From: an uncultured Rikenella sp.
GTDB taxonomy: Bacteria > Bacteroidota > Bacteroidia > Bacteroidales > Rikenellaceae
DNA length: 64,000 nucleotides
NCBI RefSeq assembly: GCF_910577125.1
Contig: NZ_CAJTMN010000002.1
Coordinates: forward strand, 7,227-71,226
Direction of reading: 5' to 3'
Positions 29,607-38,012 of the stretch are shown in pieces (the stretch's first letter is position 1; each line of letters opens with the position of its first letter). A model generated the notes under the pieces. The model searched no databases and was not told where the DNA came from. It saw nothing but the letters and a program-made list of their open reading frames with translations. Position numbers and translations under genes: made by a program.

Positions 29607-29734
29607 CCTCTGTTTTCAGCACACCTCCCACCGCGTGCGCCTGCACCCATAGCGCGCGGCGGGACTCTCCCCGGCATCAGACGGTGGTGGCAGGCTGAGG
29701 GTTCGACTCCCTCGCCGGGGGCTAAAAGCAAAAT

Positions 29735-30220
29735 ATGGATACACGGTTTCAAAAGTCGAAAAATACGACAGACGAATGGTACACGCCGCGTGAAATAATC
29801 GATGTCCTCGGGCCGTTCGACCTCGATCCGTGCGCTCCGATGGCGAGATTGTGGGATACGGCAGCTAAACATTTCAACAAACAAGAGAACGGCTTGTTGC
29901 AGGAGTGGTTCGGGCGCGTATGGTTGAATCCTCCGTATTCGCATCCGCTGGTACTTCAATTCGTAAAGCGTCTGGCAGAGCATGGAAATGGAATTGCGTT
30001 GCTTTTCGATCGCTGCGACACTAAGATGTTTCACGAGGTGATATTTCCCAATGCGGATGGTGTGTATTTTTTGCGTGAACGAGTGCGTTTTTACCGACCG
30101 GATGGCACACGTGGCGGATCACCGGGGTGTGGTTCGGTGTTGGTGGCATTCGGGGCAGAAAACGCCGAGAAAATATTGAATAGTGGACTGAAAGGCACGC
30201 TATTACGAGTAGAACGATGA
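29735..30220 (+). CDS. phage DNA N6-adenine methyltransferase (Dam family)
   Basis: 161-aa ORF. DEWYTP and WLNPPYS catalytic (NPPY) motifs. Confidence 0.8.
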   Translation: MDTRFQKSKNTTDEWYTPREIIDVLGPFDLDPCAPMARLWDTAAKHFNKQENGLLQEWFGRVWLNPPYSHPLVLQFVKRLAEHGNGIALLFDRCDTKMFHEVIFPNADGVYFLRERVRFYRPDGTRGGSPGCGSVLVAFGAENAEKILNSGLKGTLLRVER

Positions 30221-30305
30221 AAGTCTTAAGTCTATTCGACGGCATGAGTTGCGGGCAGGTCGCCCTGCGGCGGATAAACAACAACTGAAAACTGAAACTG
30301 GAATT

Positions 30306-30737
30306 ATGAAAATCTACGTAGCAAGCAGTTGGCGCAACCGATATTACACGGAAGTTGTCGCCCATCTCAGACAATTAGGACACGAAGTGTATGACTTTCG
30401 CAACCCGGTGCCATACGGAGGGTTCTCTTGGTCGGAAGTTGCCCCAAACTGGCAAAGCTGGACAATGGAAGAATATAAAAAGGCCCTTTCTCACCCGAAT
30501 GCAGAGAGAGGTTTCGGTTCGGATTTTGGTGCGATGCAATGGGCCGACGCCTGCGTGTTGGTTTGTCCTTGTGGGCGGTCGGCACATACTGAGGCTGGGT
30601 GGATGGCTGGGACGGGCAAACCTGTCTGGGTTTATATCCCGGAACCACAAGAGCCTGAGTTGATGTATAAAATATACGAGCGAATAGTTACTGATATGGC
30701 AGAACTCGATGACTTGAACGATAGAACAGACCGATAA
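30306..30737 (+). CDS. nucleoside 2-deoxyribosyltransferase-like superfamily protein
   Basis: In-frame start MKIYVASSW at 30306. GRSAHTEAGWMAGTGKPVWVY resembles the NDT-like catalytic Glu segment. Confidence 0.5.
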   Translation: MKIYVASSWRNRYYTEVVAHLRQLGHEVYDFRNPVPYGGFSWSEVAPNWQSWTMEEYKKALSHPNAERGFGSDFGAMQWADACVLVCPCGRSAHTEAGWMAGTGKPVWVYIPEPQEPELMYKIYERIVTDMAELDDLNDRTDR

Positions 30738-30749
30738 CACTTTCCAGCT

Positions 30750-31250
30750 ATGAAGACCTACCGTGATAGCCTGCTGGCTAAGTTGCACATTCTACTGAAA
30801 GAACAGGGCGTGGACGAAGAGACCAAACGAGCCATGTACGCCGGATATGGCGTCGATAGTACGGCCGATCTGACCGCGCCGCAACTGCGGCACTTGGTCG
30901 GTTCGTTAGCTGGCGAAGCGGTTCCGGAGGTCGCCCCGAGGCAGGTGTCGAACGAGACCCGCCGCCTGCGGTCGCAGTGCCTCGCGCTGATGACAAAGAG
31001 TCCCGACCCGGCGAACATCAAACTGCGCGGCCTCGGACTGCCGAACGACTGGGCGGTGTTGAACGCTTTCGTCGAACACCACGCCGGGGCCACGCTGAAC
31101 CGGCTGACCGACGAGGAACTGGAACGATTCGCCCGCAAGCTCCGCGCCATGCGTTCCTCCGGCTGGTTCTATAATGCTCCACGGCAGACGACCGCCTCTC
31201 CTGCTGCGGTGGTTGTGCTGGCCCCGACCGACTGCGGTACCGTAAACTAA
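30750..31250 (+). CDS. GemA/gp16-like (DUF1018) regulatory protein; carries the protospacer for spacer 42
   Basis: 166-aa ORF. Mu gemA position and the typical ...AMYAGYGVDSTADLTAPQLRHLV segment. Confidence 0.55.
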   Translation: MKTYRDSLLAKLHILLKEQGVDEETKRAMYAGYGVDSTADLTAPQLRHLVGSLAGEAVPEVAPRQVSNETRRLRSQCLALMTKSPDPANIKLRGLGLPNDWAVLNAFVEHHAGATLNRLTDEELERFARKLRAMRSSGWFYNAPRQTTASPAAVVVLAPTDCGTVN

Positions 31251-31268
31251 AAAGCCCCGAACAAAGGA

Positions 31269-31547
31269 TTGTCCGAGGCGTCGAGTTTGGCCGCTCGACA
31301 CAAAGATAATCAAAACGGGAACATGGCATATAACAAAAAAGGATATTTCGATCGAGCACGACGGATGCGAGAGATTACGGAGCAATACTACGAGCCGGAG
31401 AACCATCGCAAGTGTAAAAAGGCGATTTGGCGCACGTACATAAGGCCGATTTACGGTGTATGTTATCAAACCTATATCAGCAGTTTACAGGCCCTTCGGA
31501 TGTTGGAGGCCGAACAAACACAAACAGAGAAAAGCCCGCCGAAATAG
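31269..31547 (+). CDS. hypothetical protein (Mor position)
   Basis: 92-aa ORF with an alternative start MAYNKKGYF at 31323. Followed by a terminator. Confidence 0.45.
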   Translation: MSEASSLAARHKDNQNGNMAYNKKGYFDRARRMREITEQYYEPENHRKCKKAIWRTYIRPIYGVCYQTYISSLQALRMLEAEQTQTEKSPPK

Positions 31548-31562
31548 TGCGGGCTTTTCTTA
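31530..31562 (+). terminator. rho-independent terminator ending the early/middle operon
   Basis: Stem AGCCCGC (31533-31539) / GCGGGCT (31549-31555), followed by TTTTCTT. Confidence 0.6.
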
Positions 31563-31565
31563 TAT

Positions 31566-31883
31566 TTGCGAAAAACAATTATGATGAGCGAGTTGTTTAT
31601 GGCAATCGTAGCCGTCGGCAGTTTGGTTCTTTGGGTCGTCCTGCTGGTTGCATTCTTTCAGTTGGTCGGCGACGTGCGTAAAATCAAGGCCCGATTGGCG
31701 GATAAAGACAGCGAATATTTCCGGTATGCGAATCTCGCCAAAGAGGAGCACGCTCTGGGAAACATCGACAAAGAACGCGAATATCTGATTCGGGCACAAT
31801 GCCATGCCTATTATGCCGAGCAAGAGGAAACCGTCCGCAAACTGATTGCTGTGCTGGATCGGAAAAACGGAGAGGAGATATAA
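31566..31883 (+). CDS. small membrane protein
   Basis: 105-aa ORF. Hydrophobic helix LFMAIVAVGSLVLWVVLLVAFFQLV. Confidence 0.5.
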   Translation: MRKTIMMSELFMAIVAVGSLVLWVVLLVAFFQLVGDVRKIKARLADKDSEYFRYANLAKEEHALGNIDKEREYLIRAQCHAYYAEQEETVRKLIAVLDRKNGEEI

Positions 31884-31884
31884 A

Positions 31885-32328
31885 TTACTCGTCGAACTCC
31901 TCGTCGAACGTTGCCGTGAACACGATCCGGTAAACTTTCAGTGCATCGTCCCGCCGTTCGGCCTGTTGTGTCATCCGTGACAGGTTGCTCGAAAATCCGC
32001 AATCGAATCCCTGCAACGCCTGGACAACGGCTTGCACGGTGTCCAATATCGCCAACGACCGTTCGCGCCATACGCGCGGAGTGAGGTGGTTCGTCTCGTC
32101 CGTGATGGCCAATTCGACAACACGCACGGTAATCGTTGCCCGGCATTGCTGATCGCGGCCTCCTGTGTCTTCGCAACTCGGGAACTCGATGTCGATCAGG
32201 GCCGCCGGATAGTCCATTCCTTGCCGAGTCTCCGGGTTGTCGGTCTGTCCCTTGTCGAGATCGATCAGCCGGAGTTCCGGTACTGCTTTCGCCAATCGGT
32301 CGGCGATTTTCAAATAGAATTTTTTCAT
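31885..32328 (-). CDS. phage head-tail joining / completion protein (tentative)
   Basis: 147-aa ORF, last gene of the leftward morphogenesis block, downstream of the G-like gene. Confidence 0.45.
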   Translation of the reverse strand: MKKFYLKIADRLAKAVPELRLIDLDKGQTDNPETRQGMDYPAALIDIEFPSCEDTGGRDQQCRATITVRVVELAITDETNHLTPRVWRERSLAILDTVQAVVQALQGFDCGFSSNLSRMTQQAERRDDALKVYRIVFTATFDEEFDE

Positions 32329-32341
32329 GGTTTAATTCGGG

Positions 32342-32911
32342 TTAAAGTGAAACCAAAGCCCGAAGCCGTTCGACAATTCGACGGTTCAAGGCAACGGATT
32401 TGCCGATGAATTTTCGTTGAGGAATCGTTATGTGCAACTGCTTGGCGACTGCCGCACGCCCCCAGCGACCGAGGCCGCTCCCGTCGGTCGTTTCACCCGC
32501 TGCGTAGGCTTTTGCCCAAAAGAACCGCTGCTGTTTCGGTGTCGGTTTCTGCTCGATCGTTCCCCCTTCGTTGTGGATGCGGGCATAGGGGACGCGCGGA
32601 CTACCGGCCCGGATCGTCGCTTCGGAAGGCGTTACACGCGCCGGTCGGATCGTGGAGACCAACGCTCCGGATCGCACCATCAGCGACCCGCGCGAAGACG
32701 GATTTTTAGCTACGGCCCACGGTACGCCTTCCCATTCTTTAGTCGTGAAACGCTGTTTGTAAAATTCCGTGGCTGTTTCGGCTATGATCCGTGTCCCGTC
32801 CTGACGGATACGTTCCGAGGCGGCGGCGATTTTTTTGCGTAAAGTCTCGAAATCTCCCATTCTCTTCGTATATTTGTGGTAAGTAATCTCCCTGCGGGTG
32901 TAAGTGCTCAT
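32342..32911 (-). CDS. phage virion morphogenesis protein (Mu G-like)
   Basis: 189-aa ORF. YARIHNEGG motif of the virion morphogenesis family. Confidence 0.7.
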   Translation of the reverse strand: MSTYTRREITYHKYTKRMGDFETLRKKIAAASERIRQDGTRIIAETATEFYKQRFTTKEWEGVPWAVAKNPSSRGSLMVRSGALVSTIRPARVTPSEATIRAGSPRVPYARIHNEGGTIEQKPTPKQQRFFWAKAYAAGETTDGSGLGRWGRAAVAKQLHITIPQRKFIGKSVALNRRIVERLRALVSL

Positions 32912-32991
32912 GGCGTGCCTCGTGAGTGGTCGGACGCTTGAGACGGCTGGTGAACCAGCGTAGGGAATTATTAACTCACAAGAGCCTCCCT

Positions 32992-35493
32992 CTATTCGGA
33001 GGCTTTTTTATTGTACACCAGGAGTCCCCGGCGGTGGTGCTGCTGAACGGACTTCTTGCCGGCCAGCGGGAACCACGTTCGCACTTCATTGATTCGACCA
33101 CCGGCTATTTTACAACACACGACGATCACTTCATCCCGGTAATAGCGGATCAAGGTATAGTTGTCGTAAACACTTTTCCCTCTCTCCGCATTAATCCACA
33201 CTTCGTCCGGATCGTTCAGCGTTTCCGGTAGGGCTTGCAGGTATTCTACCCGTGCGGCATGACTGCCGGTCGTATGCGTCCGGAAGCTCTTTTCAGATAA
33301 GAACACCTTTCGTCCGGATCGATCGGTCAGCATGACGACGCCGTCCCGCTGACGGGCGGCAAACCACTCCTCGGCCGTACCCGTAAAACGTGGCATGTCA
33401 CTCGTAGCCGTCGTTTGTCGTTTCGCCATCGTCGGCAACCCATAATCGACCGCACCAAGTCGGTTCAGATATTTGGCCGCCCGGTTCGGGAATTTGCGGA
33501 TATATTGCTGGTTCGTCGTGAAGACCTCGCGCAGTTCGGCCCGGTTCACCCCGAAACCCTGGGCCGCTGCGGTTTTGAACTCGCCGGTCTCGAAATAGGC
33601 ATCTGCCCGGCGTTGCATATCGGGCAGATTGATTCCTTCCGTTTCGTGCCGCATCCGCGGAAGCACGTAACAACGGCAGTTCCAGCCGTTGGGCGGGTAT
33701 ATCTTTCCCCACCGGGGGTCGTTGGTCGGTAACACGAGTCCGTTCAAGGCCGCATGTTCGGGCCGTACTTTGTCGTCGCCGACCGTCCGATATTCCCAAT
33801 AAGGAAATAGCATGTTTTGGCTCAATAGACGGTAATAGGTCGAGGTGCTTTCGGCGACCTGATCGGCCGTATCGTATTCGGTTTGCGCCCAGCGACGATT
33901 GAACGTGTCCGTGATTTTCGCCGCCCGTTCCATGTAGTCCTCGAAACTGCGGCTCGCCCGGTAGGCTTGGTTGAGCTGCTGAATCTCGGTCAGCGTTTTG
34001 GCTGCCGAGAAGTGGTAGAGGTTTGTCTCCATGGCCGTCAGGACTACGTCGTCCGCGGTACCGTATTCGATACTATTCCGCAGTCCGATACCTCCTTTCC
34101 GCCAACCGGTGTGAAAGGCATGCAGGAGTCGGTCGGCCGTATGATCGAATAGTTCTCGGTCGAAATACCGGGCCTCTCCGCGCGCTACGCGTTTGGCGAG
34201 TCGGCGGTCGAAGCCGTCGCCCGCCATCTCTCCCAGGTCGTTACGCTCGCCAGTGGTCGCCCCCGTAACGGGGGCTTCGGCGAAAAAACCGAAGACCCTT
34301 TCCAAGAAATTCCGCGCACCGTTCGTCCCGGTCGGATCGTCGGTGTCCGGCGGTTCGACAAAACCCGTTCCGTTCGGTTCCACCACCTCTTCGTCCGCTT
34401 CGGGTTGGGGAATGCCAGTAATTTTGTAAACGTGACTGGTCGGGACCGGCACAGATAACTTCGCTGCCCGCTCGACAAGGCTCAGTCGATCGGCCGCCCC
34501 TAAGTTTTCGCCCTGTTCGACGAACGCAAAGCACCCTCCGGAGACTGGAAACCCTCGTTTTTCGAGAAGCGGCAGGAGTTGCGTATTGAGGACCCGTTGC
34601 ACGAACCGACGGTCTGCGTTATGCAAATCTTCCTGTACCTGCATGTGTACCTCGCCCAATGAGCGCGCCCCTTTGTCACCCTGAATCGTGGTCAGTGTCT
34701 GACCGAGGATGCCGATCAGAATCTCTTCGTTGCAGGCTTTCCGTAGCATGTCGTACACACCGCCGTCGCCGCTGGCCGCTCCGGGTTCTACTTTGAAATC
34801 CGAACCTTTCGGCAGGATATTGACCAATGCGCCGCCTGCTGCTTCCAGCGCTTTCTGCAATTCCAGGCGAGCACTGTCGTCGAACGTTTCGTAATAGGCC
34901 GTGCGCATCGGCATACCGAAAATTTCAGCATATTGCGCCCAGTCGCCGAAGTTGTTCCGTTTGTAAAGCACGAACGGTGCTACGTTGAGCAGCAGGCCGA
35001 GGTCGTCCGCCTCGCCGACCTCCAGAAAAAAGTCGTCTTCGCGATACGGAATGCCCCGCTCGTCGTTCTCCTCCAGGGCAATCTCGCCGAACTGAGGCCG
35101 AATATGTTTCGATGGTATCGGGTGCGGAATGATTCGGTCTTCGACAAACTCCATTTCCGTAACCGTGATTCCCAGAAATCGGGCCTGCATGATCTCCGTG
35201 AGAACCGACTCGAAGCCGGAGCTATCCATCATTCGGTCGATCGTCTCTTCCGGTTTGTTGTCGCGCGTGAAAACAAGTTCCGCGTTCGTGATAGCCGAGA
35301 CGCGCTTACGAACGGCATCACGGAGTACGTTGTCGCGCATCAGTTCGGCGTACAGGTTATATAACTGCTGACGTTTGCCCCGGTCGGCCGAGCGCAAGGC
35401 ACGCTGAACGTTATCGATGTCGAGGTTTGTGCGGTTCGGAGCCTTGATGGTGATCTGGTTAATTACCAGTTCCTGCTCTTGTTTATTCTCCAT
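32992..35493 (-). CDS. fused portal (DUF935, Mu gp29-like) + MuF (gp30/SPP1 gp7-like) protein with a ~220-aa C-terminal extension
   Basis: Single open frame. The start is taken at MENKQEQ (35493), since the upstream gene ends at 35514. The MuF hallmark VRPEHAALNG...NGWNCRCYVLP lies near residue 600, and the frame continues to 32992. Confidence 0.85.
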   Translation of the reverse strand: MENKQEQELVINQITIKAPNRTNLDIDNVQRALRSADRGKRQQLYNLYAELMRDNVLRDAVRKRVSAITNAELVFTRDNKPEETIDRMMDSSGFESVLTEIMQARFLGITVTEMEFVEDRIIPHPIPSKHIRPQFGEIALEENDERGIPYREDDFFLEVGEADDLGLLLNVAPFVLYKRNNFGDWAQYAEIFGMPMRTAYYETFDDSARLELQKALEAAGGALVNILPKGSDFKVEPGAASGDGGVYDMLRKACNEEILIGILGQTLTTIQGDKGARSLGEVHMQVQEDLHNADRRFVQRVLNTQLLPLLEKRGFPVSGGCFAFVEQGENLGAADRLSLVERAAKLSVPVPTSHVYKITGIPQPEADEEVVEPNGTGFVEPPDTDDPTGTNGARNFLERVFGFFAEAPVTGATTGERNDLGEMAGDGFDRRLAKRVARGEARYFDRELFDHTADRLLHAFHTGWRKGGIGLRNSIEYGTADDVVLTAMETNLYHFSAAKTLTEIQQLNQAYRASRSFEDYMERAAKITDTFNRRWAQTEYDTADQVAESTSTYYRLLSQNMLFPYWEYRTVGDDKVRPEHAALNGLVLPTNDPRWGKIYPPNGWNCRCYVLPRMRHETEGINLPDMQRRADAYFETGEFKTAAAQGFGVNRAELREVFTTNQQYIRKFPNRAAKYLNRLGAVDYGLPTMAKRQTTATSDMPRFTGTAEEWFAARQRDGVVMLTDRSGRKVFLSEKSFRTHTTGSHAARVEYLQALPETLNDPDEVWINAERGKSVYDNYTLIRYYRDEVIVVCCKIAGGRINEVRTWFPLAGKKSVQQHHRRGLLVYNKKASE

Positions 35494-35513
35494 GGATCGG
35501 TATTTGAAAAGCG

Positions 35514-35927
35514 TTAAAAGTGTGTCGTCCGTTTCGGATTGCTGCTGAAATAGAACGGTCCCGACGAAACGCCCTCGTCTGGATTCTTTTTCGGCAAGTC
35601 GGGTACGATCTCCCCTTTTTGTACCCCTCGGAGCCATGCCACCGCACGCTCGTAGCGCGCCTGGCGGCGATCGTAGTAATTCCCGGCTGCACACAGGTTG
35701 ATGAGGTGATATACGGCGATGTCTTTGCAAAAGATCAACAGCAGCGGGTCGCGAGCCTCGCCCGTGGCGGCAAAAATGGTCTCGGTGTCGTAAGCGGTCA
35801 GATAGCCTCGCGCCTCCGCTATCGCGCCCGACAGGGCTGCGGTGATGATTGTCTCGTCAGCGCGGGAGATCAGTTCGGCGTGCTCTTCCCGCAGGTGTGT
35901 CCGCAAGTCGTCCGGTGTCAGAAACAT
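35514..35927 (-). CDS. DUF1320 (Mu gp36-like) head protein
   Basis: 137-aa ORF between terminase and portal. N-terminal FLTPDDLRTHL is typical of the family. Confidence 0.6.
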   Translation of the reverse strand: MFLTPDDLRTHLREEHAELISRADETIITAALSGAIAEARGYLTAYDTETIFAATGEARDPLLLIFCKDIAVYHLINLCAAGNYYDRRQARYERAVAWLRGVQKGEIVPDLPKKNPDEGVSSGPFYFSSNPKRTTHF

Positions 35928-35929
35928 GG

Positions 35930-37456
35930 TCAGTATCGTTTGGAATTTCGGGTTCTCGGTATGGAAATAATCGGTTGTTCGAGGGTAACCTGCTTTTCCC
36001 GGACGATGTAGATACCGCCCTCGACGGCATCCACACCGTCGGCCGGAGCCGACAGTTTGGGTCCGAAGAGCCGAAACTGCTCTTTGAGTCGTTGCATGTG
36101 GGGATTACCCTGTTCGTCAATATTGAAGACCAGTTGTCCGAGCCGTACGAGCGGCTCCAGTCCTGACTCGATACGGGCAAACTTTTCGCCCTTGCGCCGG
36201 GTGTCCGGCGTGATGCCTATATAGGCACCCGTCCGACGGCCTTTTGCCGCAAAGGCCGGGACGTAGACTTGTGTGTAAAACGGGTCTTGCAGGGTGTTGT
36301 TTTCGATATACCAGTAGACAGGCGGACAACGATCGCCGATCCAGTCCCGCAGGTCGAAAAACCACTGGACGAACGTATCCGTGCTGGCATTGTCTACGAA
36401 ACATTTGATTACGTAGTACCTCCCTCGACAGAAACCCAACAGGACGAGCGCTTTGGTCGAGGAACTCCGCTGCCGGGCATTGTTCGACGGGGACGGGTCG
36501 GCATAGGCGATCAAAAACCGGAACCGATCCAGGGGCGGAACTTGGCCCCACGTCAATTCGCCGAACGTATTTCCTTCCGTAATCGGGTTGTTGTAGTATT
36601 CGCCCTGTTGAGCTTTATACGAGATTTTCGACAGCACCCGGTCGATCATCTTCTCGGTATTTTTGTCGGGCCACGTAGACCGGCCGTGCTTGTCGCGGAT
36701 GTTGATGATGTCCGTGTGGTCGGCCCTGTCCATTGCCCGCCGGATGCAGCAATCCTCGGCTATGACGTTTCCGCAGAAGATCACGGTCAGAGGAGTGGAA
36801 ATCGAGCGGGTCGGATAGAGAGCCTGCTCGAACCAATCCCACTTCTTTTTCAGCACCTCCGGATTCCGGCACTCTTCGTCCGTGTCGAAATCATCGACCA
36901 GCAACACGTCCGGACGGCATTCGTTGTTCCGCGAACCGCGCGGACTTTGTCCGGCCCCGACCGCTCGGAAAGCCGCTCCGTTACGGAGGGTAAACTCTTC
37001 TGCGGTCCATAGACCGAGGTTCCGCTGTACGCCGTAGTCGTGCATGACGCGCTCGTTGCTCTCGAAAAACGCCCGGTAGGGAGCTAACAGCCGTTCGGCG
37101 TTGTTCTGTGTGTTGGAGGTCAGGATGACCGTCCGTTTCCGGCCGGTCAGCACCAAGTAGCACACCTCCATCATCGTGCGGGCCGACTTGGCCAGTTCGC
37201 GCGACCAGGCGCGCACCTCGTACCACTCCGGATTTGCCAACACTCGACGTGTGGCAGCCGTGTGGAACGGAGCTGGGGCCGCCGTATAGAATCGCGGGAA
37301 ATAGTAACTGAACCATGTCTCCGGTTCCTTTTCCAAGGTTTTGATCCGGCGGCGACGGTCCGAGCGGGTTTCGTTCGGATCGACTTCGAGACCGCTGTTG
37401 AACGATCGCTGAAAGGCGTACCACTCTTCGTATGCTCTCTTTTCGTCGGCAGTCAT
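35930..37456 (-). CDS. terminase large subunit
   Basis: 508-aa ORF. ATPase and nuclease halves (LLVDDFDTDEE Walker B-like). Position after a small HTH protein. Confidence 0.85.
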   Translation of the reverse strand: MTADEKRAYEEWYAFQRSFNSGLEVDPNETRSDRRRRIKTLEKEPETWFSYYFPRFYTAAPAPFHTAATRRVLANPEWYEVRAWSRELAKSARTMMEVCYLVLTGRKRTVILTSNTQNNAERLLAPYRAFFESNERVMHDYGVQRNLGLWTAEEFTLRNGAAFRAVGAGQSPRGSRNNECRPDVLLVDDFDTDEECRNPEVLKKKWDWFEQALYPTRSISTPLTVIFCGNVIAEDCCIRRAMDRADHTDIINIRDKHGRSTWPDKNTEKMIDRVLSKISYKAQQGEYYNNPITEGNTFGELTWGQVPPLDRFRFLIAYADPSPSNNARQRSSSTKALVLLGFCRGRYYVIKCFVDNASTDTFVQWFFDLRDWIGDRCPPVYWYIENNTLQDPFYTQVYVPAFAAKGRRTGAYIGITPDTRRKGEKFARIESGLEPLVRLGQLVFNIDEQGNPHMQRLKEQFRLFGPKLSAPADGVDAVEGGIYIVREKQVTLEQPIISIPRTRNSKRY

Positions 37457-37893
37457 CGTAACGCCTCCTTTATAAATGCGTCATAGAGCGGCAAAAACTC
37501 CACGGCCCGATCCGGATCGGTCTCGCGCAACCAGGTAAGGAACTGGCGGCCGACCTCCACTTTATGGGTGATATTCGTTTCTGTTTCCAGCTTTTTAATG
37601 GCATTCGTCAGTTTGGTGATCGTATCCGCCTCTTTGCTGGTGACGTAGTTGGCATCGTCGCGCGCTTCGACCGCTTCGCGAATTGCATTCAGCTGTTGGT
37701 GCAGCCAACCCAACAGGTCTTCCCGTCCGCCGAGCAGGGAGGTTTTCAACCGTTCCCACTGCTCCTCCCGCACCCATTTGCTCACGGTCGCCTCCGTAAC
37801 GCCGACTCGCGCGGCAATCTCTTTCTGCGTAATCCCTTTTTCGGATAGATAGAGCGTTTTGGCGAAATCTTTTTTCTGTTGTCTCGACTGCAT
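37453..37893 (-). CDS. terminase small subunit (HTH)
   Basis: 146-aa ORF. HTH ITQKEIAARVGVTEATVSKW and a 4-bp overlap with TerL. Confidence 0.65.
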   Translation of the reverse strand: MQSRQQKKDFAKTLYLSEKGITQKEIAARVGVTEATVSKWVREEQWERLKTSLLGGREDLLGWLHQQLNAIREAVEARDDANYVTSKEADTITKLTNAIKKLETETNITHKVEVGRQFLTWLRETDPDRAVEFLPLYDAFIKEALR

Positions 37894-38012
37894 GTCTCTT
37901 TTTTATGCAAAGGAACGGTACTCTGCATCCATCCGAAAAAATCATATAAAGCGTTAATGCTCTTTTTGTTGTGGGCATTCAGGAAGGCGAATTTTGCACA
38001 AAAAAGAACCGA

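Noticed and set aside
29620-29721. A complete phage-encoded tRNA
   Set aside because: The only segment that can pair with the 3' acceptor strand lies just 21 nt upstream of the T-arm, leaving no room for D and anticodon arms. It is reported only as a tRNA-like minihelix.
35494-35730. 79-aa N-terminal extension of the portal ORF (912-aa version)
   Set aside because: The extension overlaps the upstream DUF1320 gene, is Arg/Pro-rich, and the portal homology starts at MENKQEQ (35493).
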